A stretch of 32,000 nucleotides of DNA from Promethearchaeum syntrophicum (GTDB lineage: Archaea; Asgardarchaeota; Lokiarchaeia; Sigyniarchaeales; Promethearchaeaceae), in assembly GCF_008000775.2 (NCBI RefSeq), contig NZ_CP042905.2, positions 930,001 through 962,000 of the forward strand. The letters run 5' to 3'. The notes under the pieces were generated by a model. The model searched no databases and had not been told where the DNA came from. It was given only the letters and a program-made list of their open reading frames with translations. Position 1 is the stretch's first letter. Each line of letters begins with the position of its first letter. The translations under genes and the position numbers were made by a program. Below, in pieces: positions 24,348 to 32,000 of this stretch.

Positions 24348-27095
24348 CTAAAGAATTATTTCTCCTTGCTTGGAGAAACTTTTAATTTCCCCAAATGGGT
24401 TTGTATAAGTTACATTTAACAAGAATTTCTGTAATTCGTAGCGTTTTTGGAGGTCGATATTCTTATCTTTGATTTTAGAAATTCGAAAAACCCATTTAAT
24501 AACGCGAATTGCTTCAGGTTCAAATTCTCGAATAAAAATCTCGGTAGGATCACTATTTTCTTTTTGGTATTGTAAGAATTCAGGATGAATAAAAATCATT
24601 CCGATATCCGATATGAAAAACTTAGTTGGGTTGTATACTCTCAGAGAAAATATTAATTTGGTTCCTATAATTTCAACTTTTCTGAAAAATGATAATAATC
24701 TCTCTTCCATAGGTTTTTGCGGTTGAATTAAAAGATCATCTTCAATTTCTGCTATTATCGTTTGGTTTTGAATTAGTATTATTAATTTTTCTTTAAGTTC
24801 TTTTGTTGTAAGGGATAATATTTTTCCTAAATGTTCAATAGAAATCGGGTTAATATATTTAAGATATTCTTTTATTTCTTCAGTAAAAATAGTCTTATCA
24901 ATTTCGTTTTTAAAACTAAAAATTTTTTCCAAAAGATTGTCTTTAACTTGCGTCCAATTATTTAGATATTTCCTAATTTCATTGGCGGATGTTATTGGTA
25001 TATTAATTTTATCAATGTTCTCATAATTACGATTAATTTCTCTATTATTATCTTCAATAGAGCTATATAAATTATTAATTGTTAATTGAATTAAATTTCG
25101 CGCTTCTTTAAATCTACGAACTTGGATTTCCTTTTTAATAGGTTCAGAAATCTTATCAAATCTCTCCAAAACATCTCGTTGACTTGAAATTGCCTGAATA
25201 ATTATATTCTGCAGATTAGTGCTCAAAAATTCATAAGTAATTTTCTTTTTAAGGGGGGATATTTCATGAGAAACTTCTTTCGTCGTTTCTTGAAAAACAC
25301 TAAACTTATGAAAAACGTTAGCAAGGTATTGTTGTATTTCTATTTTAATATCGATCCAAGTGACTGTAATCTCTTTTAAAAATTCTTTGAATTCCAAATT
25401 ATTTAACCAGGTTTGACCGATATCAAACTCAAGCTTAAATAATTTTTCGCGAATGCTTGAGATATTATTTAAAAATTCCTCTGTTCTTTTAATATCTTCA
25501 TCATCCATTTTTTCTTCAAGAAGAACTTCCATTTTTTTAATAGATTCGTATTCGGTCTTTACTACATCAATTCGATCCTTTAATTCAGAAAGAAGAATAT
25601 CTAATTCTTTAATGTAGTCTGCTCGTCCATCGCAAATTAAGTTATATATTGATGAATTTACATCCGAGATATTTTCAAGTATTTCTTCCTTTATATCTAT
25701 AAAATCTTGAATTACCTCAACATTAAATCTCTTAAATTCTGATTCGTGTAGTATCTTCTCAAATTCATCCAATTTTTCTGCTATTCGATTTCCTTCTTCT
25801 TCTAAAAATATTTCAGATTGGATGAATTTCTTTTGATTAACATAAGATTCTGCTTTTTTTCGTAAATTTTGGGTTTGTTTTTGAAATAAATCTAAATTAG
25901 AATAAAATTTTTTACTTTTTAGAGCAATTTCTTCAATTTCTTTATCAATATCATTAAAAATGTTATTTATTTTTTGTAGAGAAGACTCAATTTCATCTAA
26001 AACATCTAAATCTTCTTCATTTTGCTGCCAATTCTTTAAATTTATCGCTGTCCAGACACAAATTGACTTAATATGTAATACATAGGAAAGATCACCAAGT
26101 AAACTAATAATTTTTTTTCTTTGTCGCCAATCATCAGGATCTAAACTTTGAAATATTATAAAAATTTCTTCTTCGAAACCATCTGGTTTTTCCATATAAA
26201 TTTTCAATAAGCAATTGGTTATCAAATTCCTAATGGGAATCTTTGGAACAACCAGTTGTCCAATCATAATTGGTAACATTTCTTTCATATTTTGAAGCGT
26301 GATATATATTAATGTTTCAGAGATTCCTTGGCCAATATCATCACTAAAATCATTAATAAATGGTTTGAAAAATTCTAGAAGAGCAGGTCCATGATTCATG
26401 CCAATTTTCACAAAAGAATCAATTGTTTTTGTTTGAATTATCATGATTTCATCAGAAAACATCAAAACCAGATTCTGAAAAAGTTTATAAATTTCATCAA
26501 AGAAATAATCTCCAATTTCTCCAATAATCCAAATAATTTTTTCTCTAATCATCCAATCTACATCTTCTAATAGAGGAGATAAAAGTGCATGAATTTTGAA
26601 AGAATCCAAATGAAAACAGAGAGCTTTCAATACTTCAGCTGATAAACCCCGAACTTCTTCATCTGGGTCTCTTAGCAAAATAATCACATTTTCTTTTAAA
26701 ATATCAATCATTTCATTTGGAGGGTCTGATTCTGGTGTTAAAAAGGATAGTACCATTTCCAAAGCCCGTGCTCTCACTGTCCATGAATCATCTTCAAGAG
26801 TTCGACTAAAAGTAAAATAAAGTTCTGGATATTGTATGAAAGAGTTTTTTAAAATAGATCCTACAAGTAAAACCGCGGATTCTCTTACGTTTTTATCAGA
26901 ATCAAAGAGTCTTGCTTCAATTTTTTCTATCAAAACATCAAAATCCTTAGGATGAATTAGATAAAGTTTCTTTAATATTTGAAGCGATTCTTGTCGGATC
27001 CAATATTCAGAATGATCTAATAAGGTATTTATCTTTTCTAAAGTTAAGAGGGCTGTGTGGTCTGATTTATCACTAATATTATTTAAAATTCCCAA
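24348..27095 (-). CDS. Large HEAT-repeat protein: N-terminal HEAT/ARM solenoid, ~350-aa coiled-coil/helical region, winged-helix-like segment, C-terminal beta-rich domain
   Basis: PBS-lyase-type HEAT repeats: DSDKNVRESAVLLVG, DDSWTVRARALEMV, DPDEEVRGLSAEVL, DVDWMIREKIIWIIG, DPDDWRQRKKIISLLG. Then a long E/K/I/L-rich helical region, followed by HLGKILSLTTKELKEKLIILIQNQTIIAEIEDD (wH-like). The last ~130 aa show alternating beta patterns (LIFSLRVYNPTKFFISDIGMIFIHP...). The listed start is TTG at 27095; see the finding on the upstream extension. Confidence 0.8.
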   Translation of the reverse strand: MGILNNISDKSDHTALLTLEKINTLLDHSEYWIRQESLQILKKLYLIHPKDFDVLIEKIEARLFDSDKNVRESAVLLVGSILKNSFIQYPELYFTFSRTLEDDSWTVRARALEMVLSFLTPESDPPNEMIDILKENVIILLRDPDEEVRGLSAEVLKALCFHLDSFKIHALLSPLLEDVDWMIREKIIWIIGEIGDYFFDEIYKLFQNLVLMFSDEIMIIQTKTIDSFVKIGMNHGPALLEFFKPFINDFSDDIGQGISETLIYITLQNMKEMLPIMIGQLVVPKIPIRNLITNCLLKIYMEKPDGFEEEIFIIFQSLDPDDWRQRKKIISLLGDLSYVLHIKSICVWTAINLKNWQQNEEDLDVLDEIESSLQKINNIFNDIDKEIEEIALKSKKFYSNLDLFQKQTQNLRKKAESYVNQKKFIQSEIFLEEEGNRIAEKLDEFEKILHESEFKRFNVEVIQDFIDIKEEILENISDVNSSIYNLICDGRADYIKELDILLSELKDRIDVVKTEYESIKKMEVLLEEKMDDEDIKRTEEFLNNISSIREKLFKLEFDIGQTWLNNLEFKEFLKEITVTWIDIKIEIQQYLANVFHKFSVFQETTKEVSHEISPLKKKITYEFLSTNLQNIIIQAISSQRDVLERFDKISEPIKKEIQVRRFKEARNLIQLTINNLYSSIEDNNREINRNYENIDKINIPITSANEIRKYLNNWTQVKDNLLEKIFSFKNEIDKTIFTEEIKEYLKYINPISIEHLGKILSLTTKELKEKLIILIQNQTIIAEIEDDLLIQPQKPMEERLLSFFRKVEIIGTKLIFSLRVYNPTKFFISDIGMIFIHPEFLQYQKENSDPTEIFIREFEPEAIRVIKWVFRISKIKDKNIDLQKRYELQKFLLNVTYTNPFGEIKSFSKQGEIIL

Positions 27096-27314
27096 TAATA
27101 CTTCTAAAAGGTCTTTTTTATCCTCAGAGAGTGCTTCAGAAATATAACTATTAGTTAATTCTATAGCACTATCATACCTTTTTTTAGCAATTAGTTTATT
27201 AATTTCTTTAATTTGCTTTGGGATTTTTACTTTTTGCTTCGCCGTCTCTGTTTCGACTCCAATTATTAAATTTCGAAATATCGTATGCTTTTACATTGAA
27301 AGTAAATTACTCAA

Positions 27315-27357
27315 TCTTAAATTTTTGTTGTTCATACTTAGAATGCCAAAATTTATC
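27315..27357. promoter_or_regulatory. Divergent promoter region with two TATA-like boxes
   Basis: AAAAATTTAAGA on the minus strand (27315-27326) is centred ~24 nt upstream of the ATG at 27296. AAAATTTATC on the plus strand (27348-27357) is centred ~33 nt upstream of the aIF2-gamma ATG. AT-rich background makes false positives likely. Confidence 0.3.
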
Positions 27358-27385
27358 TCTTTTTGTAATTTTTTCCTTATAGAGT

Positions 27386-28858
27386 ATGGCTAAGAAAAAG
27401 AAGAAAATATCATCTGAAGAAAAACTTTCAGCAGATGATTTAGGAATAGTAAAAAAGAAAACTATCACTAAAAAAAAGACCTCCAAGAAGTCTTCTTCAA
27501 AAAAAACAACTACGAAGAAAAAAACCACAAAGAAAACCACAAAAAAAAAGACTACTAAGAAGACTAAAAAAAAAACCACAAAGAAGGTTATAAAAAAAAC
27601 AGATTTTATTCAATCTTCTTGTAATGTCGGCTTAGTGGGACATGTAGATCACGGAAAAACGACTCTTGTAAAAGCCCTTTCTGGAACTTGGACTGAAAAA
27701 TATTCTGATGAGATAAATAGAGGAATAACCATAAAATTGGGTTACGCTGAAGCTGCAATAGATCAATGCCCTAATTGTAATTTAATAATTGCTGAATCAG
27801 TAGCTAATAATTTACGTAAAAGCAAAAAAGATCAAAAAGGAATGTGTCCAAATTGTGGAACAAAGTTAAATTTTAAAAGAAGAATTTCATTCGTTGATGC
27901 TCCAGGTCACGAAATCTTGATGGCAACCATGCTATCGGGAGCTTCCTTAATGGATGGTGCTTTATTATTAATTGCTGCCAATGAAGAATGCCCACAACCC
28001 CAAACTAGAGAACATTTAGCAGCCTTAGGCATTGCAAAAATTGAAAATATTATCATAATTCAAAATAAAATTGACGCAGTTGGAAAAGAAAGAGCAATTG
28101 AACATTATAACCAAATAAAAGATTTTGTTAAAGGAACAATAGCAGAAAATGCTCCTATCATACCAACTTCAGCAATTTTCAACTCAAATATTGATCTAAT
28201 CTCTGAAAAAATTGAAGAAATTATTCCGTCACCTGATCTAGATCATGATTCCGAATTTTTGTTCAATATTGCCAGATCATTTGATGTCAATAAACCCGGT
28301 TCAGAAATTGAAAAAATCAATGGTGGAGTTATAGGAGGAAGTATTATTACTGGTACTATAAGTGTGGGTGAAGAAATTGAAATTCGCCCAGGTTTCAGAT
28401 CTAAGGAAGGTAAATATTCTACTATAATTACTACAGTCGAATCAATTTATGAAGGGAGAAATTCATTAAATTCAGCTAAACCTGGTGGGTTAATAGCAAT
28501 TGGAACAAAATTGGATCCATCACTCACTCGTTCTGATCAATTAATTGGAAATGTTGCGGGAATTCCTGGTACTTTACCAGATGTTCAATATTCTGTGGAA
28601 ATTGAAGCGCATTTACTTAAAGAAGTATTGGGTGCTGAAGAAGAAATTGCTGTAACTCCGATTATAAAGAATGAATTGATAATGATCGTAGTTGGCACAA
28701 GTTTGTCTGCTGGTGTCGTGGAGAAAATTGGAAAGAAAAATACAATTACATTGAAATTAAAACGCCCAATCTGTGCTCTGGATGGATCAATTGTTGCTAT
28801 TAGCAGAAGAATAAAGAACAGATTCAGATTGATTGGTTATGGATACTTAATTTCTTAA
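27386..28858 (+). CDS. eif2g: Translation initiation factor aIF2 gamma subunit with a ~70-aa Lys/Thr-rich N-terminal extension
   Basis: GHVDHGKTTL, DAPGHEILMATMLSGASLMDGALLLIAANEECPQPQTREHL, QNKID, ARSFDVNKPG, zinc-ribbon insert CPNC...CPNCG, C-terminal RFRLIGYG. No alternative in-frame start lies between 27386 and the G1 motif, apart from a GTG inside the G1 motif. Confidence 0.9.
   Translation: MAKKKKKISSEEKLSADDLGIVKKKTITKKKTSKKSSSKKTTTKKKTTKKTTKKKTTKKTKKKTTKKVIKKTDFIQSSCNVGLVGHVDHGKTTLVKALSGTWTEKYSDEINRGITIKLGYAEAAIDQCPNCNLIIAESVANNLRKSKKDQKGMCPNCGTKLNFKRRISFVDAPGHEILMATMLSGASLMDGALLLIAANEECPQPQTREHLAALGIAKIENIIIIQNKIDAVGKERAIEHYNQIKDFVKGTIAENAPIIPTSAIFNSNIDLISEKIEEIIPSPDLDHDSEFLFNIARSFDVNKPGSEIEKINGGVIGGSIITGTISVGEEIEIRPGFRSKEGKYSTIITTVESIYEGRNSLNSAKPGGLIAIGTKLDPSLTRSDQLIGNVAGIPGTLPDVQYSVEIEAHLLKEVLGAEEEIAVTPIIKNELIMIVVGTSLSAGVVEKIGKKNTITLKLKRPICALDGSIVAISRRIKNRFRLIGYGYLIS
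27449..27600 (+). repeat. Low-complexity A-rich coding repeat encoding (K/T/S)n
   Basis: VKKKTITKKKTSKKSSSKKTTTKKKTTKKTTKKKTTKKTKKKTTKKVIKK. AAACCACAAAGAA recurs at about 27522 and 27572. A9-A10 homopolymers are present, yet the reading frame is preserved. Confidence 0.8.
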
Positions 28859-28948
28859 TATATCCCTTTCAAGCGCTATTTTGGAGTTTTATCTTAATAT
28901 CCAAAGTTTTATTTCTTTTAACGATCAATTTATAAAAAACTATTAGAA

Positions 28949-30262
28949 GTGATTAAATTGGTCGAAGAAAAACACCCAATAATTGGAGCCGATGCTCAAA
29001 AGACTTTATATAAAACTTATTCAACTTTTGTATCAAAATCTAAAGCAGATTTCTTTAAAAACCTTGGATTAGGTGTAATTCAAGGTAAACGTGAACATAT
29101 TTATATAACAATGTTGGAAGGAAATCGAAAAAGTAAACCTCCGATAAAATTGATAGATTGTCGAACAAGCGGAGGTGTTTTTAATTTAGGTCATCGACAT
29201 CCAGCCATTATAAAAGCATTAAAAGATGGAATAGATGCAGGGCTTGATATTGGTGACCATCACTTAATTAGTGAACAAAGAGCATTACTTGCAAAAAAAT
29301 TAGCTAATTTACTTCCCGATGGAATCTCAAAAACTCAATTTTCTGTAGGGGGAGGTGAAGCTATTGATCTTGCAATAAAATTAGCTCGATACTCCACCAA
29401 AAGAAAGAAAATTGTTTCTGCAAAATGTGCTTATCATGGTGTTACAGGACTTGCTCTCGGTGCTACATCAGCAAGATTTAAAGATGCTTTTTCATGGCAT
29501 CCTCAAGACTATACACATATAGAATTTGGTAATATCGAATCACTTAGAAAAGAAATTGATGAAAACACAGCCTGTGTAATATTGGAAATTATACCTGCTA
29601 CAGGAGGTATTTTAATTGCACCTCCCGACTATTTCTCTCAAGTCAGAGAACTCTGTAATGAAAAGGGAGTAATACTCATTGCAGATGAAGTGCAAAGTGG
29701 ATTAGGTAGAACTGGGGAAATGTGGGGGATTTATGGAGGGATTTATAAAAATGAGAAAATTGTTCCAGATATTATGGTTCTCGCCAAAGGCATGAGTGCA
29801 GGGATGTATCCCTTAGCTACAACTTGTTATAAACCATTTTTGGACAAAGTTTTTGAGGAGGATCCCTTCATACATATAAGCACGACAGGTGGTTCCGAAT
29901 TAGGATGCTACGTTACAAGAAAAATGCTTGATATTATTTCTCAACCGCTATTTTTAAATAATATTAAGGCAATAGGAAAGCAATTGGGTAAAGGTTTAAA
30001 TGAATTAAAAGATGAAAATTCAAATCTAGTTGTTGATGTGAGAGGACGTGGATTGATGTGGGGCGTGGAATTTGTTAATGATCGATACGGCATCGGTTAT
30101 ACCCTTCAAATGATTCAGAATGGAATTTGGGCAGATTATTGTGGTAATCGAGAAAATACAATCAAATTGATGCCTCCGTTAATTGTGAACGAAATTGAGA
30201 TGAGAGAAATAATGGTTCGATTAAAAAAAGCTATGAATAAGCTACCACAACCAAAGGAATAA
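28949..30262 (+). CDS. Class-III PLP-dependent aminotransferase family (ornithine/acetylornithine/GABA-AT-like)
   Basis: GGGEAIDLAIKLAR, ADEVQSGLGRTGEMW, PDIMVLAKGMSAG (PLP Lys), TTGGSEL. GTG start at 28949. Confidence 0.85.
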   Translation: MIKLVEEKHPIIGADAQKTLYKTYSTFVSKSKADFFKNLGLGVIQGKREHIYITMLEGNRKSKPPIKLIDCRTSGGVFNLGHRHPAIIKALKDGIDAGLDIGDHHLISEQRALLAKKLANLLPDGISKTQFSVGGGEAIDLAIKLARYSTKRKKIVSAKCAYHGVTGLALGATSARFKDAFSWHPQDYTHIEFGNIESLRKEIDENTACVILEIIPATGGILIAPPDYFSQVRELCNEKGVILIADEVQSGLGRTGEMWGIYGGIYKNEKIVPDIMVLAKGMSAGMYPLATTCYKPFLDKVFEEDPFIHISTTGGSELGCYVTRKMLDIISQPLFLNNIKAIGKQLGKGLNELKDENSNLVVDVRGRGLMWGVEFVNDRYGIGYTLQMIQNGIWADYCGNRENTIKLMPPLIVNEIEMREIMVRLKKAMNKLPQPKE

Positions 30263-30294
30263 TATAATAATTCGTTAAATGAGGAGATAATAAG

Positions 30295-31320
30295 ATGGAA
30301 ATGAAAGGAAAGTTAGGAGTATTTTTAAGTAAAATTAAGAATGAAAGTGGAGAGTACGAAATTCTACAACTACTTGAAAAATCGTTAGATACAACCAATC
30401 CAGAAAAAGGAGAAGTTCCAATAAAATTGCTTGGGTTTGGAGAAATTAGTTTAGTTTTTGAAATTTTGTCAGATAAAACAAAAAATCTTGCCTTCAAACG
30501 CCTTCCTATCTTTGATAGTGAAGAACAAGTTAATAAACATATTAACGGTTATAATGAATACAATCGATTACTTAATGATGATCTTCAAATCGAAGTCCCA
30601 CCTAGTGACGCTGCTTGGGTTTATGCTGACAAGAAAATGAAAAAAATTTCTCTCTACTGTATTCAAGATAAAATCTCTCAACCCGAATCAATTGGAAATA
30701 AGATTATCCATCAAGTCGGGATAGATGATGTTAAAAATTTGATATTAATTATCATGCGCGAAACCAAAAAAGTCTGGAAATTTAATAAAAGTAATGTAGA
30801 TAATGGAAAGCAAATTGGTTTAGATGGACAAATATCTAATTGGGTTGTAAAGAATTTTGATCCCAAGGATCCCCATGTCACGATTGATAGTAAACTTGTT
30901 TATATTGACACGTCAACTCCTATGTTTAGAATCAATGGAGAAGATGCGATGGAAGGAATTTTATTCTTAAAAAGTGCCCCTTTTTTTCTGCGATGGATTT
31001 TGAAATTGTTCTTTTTAGATGAAGTTTTAGATCGCTATTATGATTGGCGCGAAGTAATAATCGATTTAATCGCTAATTTTCACAAAGAACAATTACCTGA
31101 AATGATTCCAGACTTACTCAATGTAGTTAATGAATTTTTTGTATCGGAAGCCAAAGAATTTAATATTGAACCGATAACTTTGAAGGAAATTGATAAATAT
31201 TATAAAAATGATAAGATGATTTGGGTTTTGTTTCAAAATTTCAGACGGTTTGACCGTTTCCTAAAGAAGATATTTAGAAAGAAATATGACTTCTATCTAC
31301 CTGATAAAATTAAAAGATAA
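30295..31320 (+). CDS. Hypothetical protein with protein-kinase-like fold signatures (atypical kinase/phosphotransferase candidate)
   Basis: Gly-loop-like LLGFGEISLVFE followed by LAFKRLP (candidate ATP Lys). GLDGQISNWVV (D-x4-N catalytic-loop pattern). VYIDTSTP (metal-binding Asp position). GAGGAG SD 8 nt upstream of the ATG. It starts 32 nt after the aminotransferase. Confidence 0.55.
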   Translation: MEMKGKLGVFLSKIKNESGEYEILQLLEKSLDTTNPEKGEVPIKLLGFGEISLVFEILSDKTKNLAFKRLPIFDSEEQVNKHINGYNEYNRLLNDDLQIEVPPSDAAWVYADKKMKKISLYCIQDKISQPESIGNKIIHQVGIDDVKNLILIIMRETKKVWKFNKSNVDNGKQIGLDGQISNWVVKNFDPKDPHVTIDSKLVYIDTSTPMFRINGEDAMEGILFLKSAPFFLRWILKLFFLDEVLDRYYDWREVIIDLIANFHKEQLPEMIPDLLNVVNEFFVSEAKEFNIEPITLKEIDKYYKNDKMIWVLFQNFRRFDRFLKKIFRKKYDFYLPDKIKR

Positions 31321-31330
31321 TTAAAGCTTC

Positions 31331-31948
31331 TCAAAGATCTTTTCGCATTGTGTGAATTGCATCAATATCTAAAAATATTTTTGCTAACCAGATTTTTTTA
31401 GTTGAAATTATTTTAAAGCCATATGATTTATACAAGGAAATCGCACCTTGATTTCGGCTTAAAACCGATAATTCTAAATGTTTCATATTTTTTTTTCTTG
31501 CTAAATCCTCAGAAAATTGCAATAGTTTATACCCAATCCCTTTTTTTCTATAAGTTTGATCTACTCCTAAAGCTTTTATTTCTAAGGTATTTGGTTTAAC
31601 TTTTTCATAATCTTCAATAGACGTAATAATACTAGTTCGAAAAGCATACCATACTTTCATTTTTTGCCGGAGAGTTTTAAAAATGAATCTAAATGATTCT
31701 GGTTTCATTTTCATGTAAATTAAATTTAAAGCAGCCACATATTTCCCATCATATTCTAAGATATAAATTCCGTGGAAATCCTCTTTTTTCATGCGATTTA
31801 ATTTCAATAGTTTTACCAATTCAATATAATCTTCTTCAGGAATGCTTTTAAAGAAAAATGGAAATTTATCATTAAAAGCTTGTGAAATTATTCGAGAAAA
31901 CTCACCTATGTTGGTAGGATCGCATTTTCTGATTGAAATATTAACCAT
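31331..31948 (-). CDS. GNAT-family N-acetyltransferase
   Basis: Acetyl-CoA binding motif A: ALGVDQTYRKKGIGYKLLQFSEDLARK. Motif B: AISLYKSYGFK. Confidence 0.85.
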   Translation of the reverse strand: MVNISIRKCDPTNIGEFSRIISQAFNDKFPFFFKSIPEEDYIELVKLLKLNRMKKEDFHGIYILEYDGKYVAALNLIYMKMKPESFRFIFKTLRQKMKVWYAFRTSIITSIEDYEKVKPNTLEIKALGVDQTYRKKGIGYKLLQFSEDLARKKNMKHLELSVLSRNQGAISLYKSYGFKIISTKKIWLAKIFLDIDAIHTMRKDL

Positions 31949-32000
31949 TTTAATTCTCTAATCCAGTAGTTTTTTAAGTAAATGTTCTACTTTTTCTTTA

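Noticed and set aside
27307-27579. 90-aa minus-strand ORF rich in Phe/Val (MVFFLVFLVVFFF...)
   Set aside because: It is an antisense shadow of the Lys/Thr-rich A-tract coding region of aIF2-gamma, with implausible composition.
27386-28858. EF-Tu-like GTPase near selD as the Sec-specific elongation factor SelB
   Set aside because: The sequence matches aIF2-gamma hallmarks (zinc-ribbon insert CPNC...CPNCG, ARSFDVNKPG, C-terminal RFRLIGYG) throughout its length and has no SelB-type C-terminal extension.
646-30640. Other short ORFs nested antisense or out of frame inside long genes (646..921, 1554..1817, 3003..3230, 5510..5725, 5595..5840, 6177..6443, 9610..9867, 11375..11728, 12394..12630, 12576..12785, 14164..14406, 15360..15641, 19205..19468, 23785..23985, 30231..30497, 30458..30640)
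   Set aside because: Each overlaps a longer ORF with clear family motifs or better coding character. Compositions are typical of chance ORFs in AT-rich DNA.
31958-32000. Possible 3' end of another minus-strand gene (…KEKVEHLLKKLLD, TAG at 31958-31960) entering from the right edge
   Set aside because: Only 13 codons are visible, too little to support a call.
1-32000. CRISPR arrays, transposases/integrases, prophage or defence-island signatures, rRNA/tRNA genes
   Set aside because: I saw no spaced direct-repeat array, no recombinase-like ORF and no GC-rich structured-RNA island. The window looks like core chromosome rather than a mobile or accessory island.

Overview
This is an AT-rich archaeal chromosomal segment (GC looks near 30% by eye). 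It carries about 28 protein-coding genes on both strands. I found no rRNA, tRNA, CRISPR array, transposase or integrase. Recognisable genes are ExoIII (5'-truncated), a tungsten-type aldehyde:ferredoxin oxidoreductase, a PAS hybrid histidine kinase, an SDR, an MBL-fold hydrolase, a Rab/Ras-like small GTPase, inorganic pyrophosphatase, a PatB/MalY C-S lyase, a radical SAM enzyme, a polyprenyl synthetase, a TrmB-family regulator, SelD, aIF2-gamma, a class-III aminotransferase and a GNAT. The gene content and low GC fit an Asgard (Lokiarchaeia-like) archaeon; this placement is inference only. The strongest signals are: (1) selD is a selenoprotein gene that the ORF track truncates. An in-frame UGA at 24213-24215 sits at the catalytic Cys/Sec position, the start has a strong SD, and the 3'UTR holds a eukaryote-style AUGA_AA_GA SECIS candidate. 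(2) A Rab-like GTPase lies next to a three-helix coiled-coil protein with BAR-domain-like sequence logic and a polybasic tail. (3) A 915-aa protein combines HEAT repeats, a coiled coil, a winged helix and a beta domain, and has an odd ATG-TAA start region. (4) aIF2-gamma has a ~70-aa lysine/threonine-rich N-terminal extension, and similar KK[ST]T modules recur in two other proteins. (5) A translationally coupled trio encodes a polyprenyl synthetase with a degenerate second Asp-rich motif, an unknown DDxxD helical protein and a TrmB regulator. All functional calls rest on motif recognition by eye; no searches were run.
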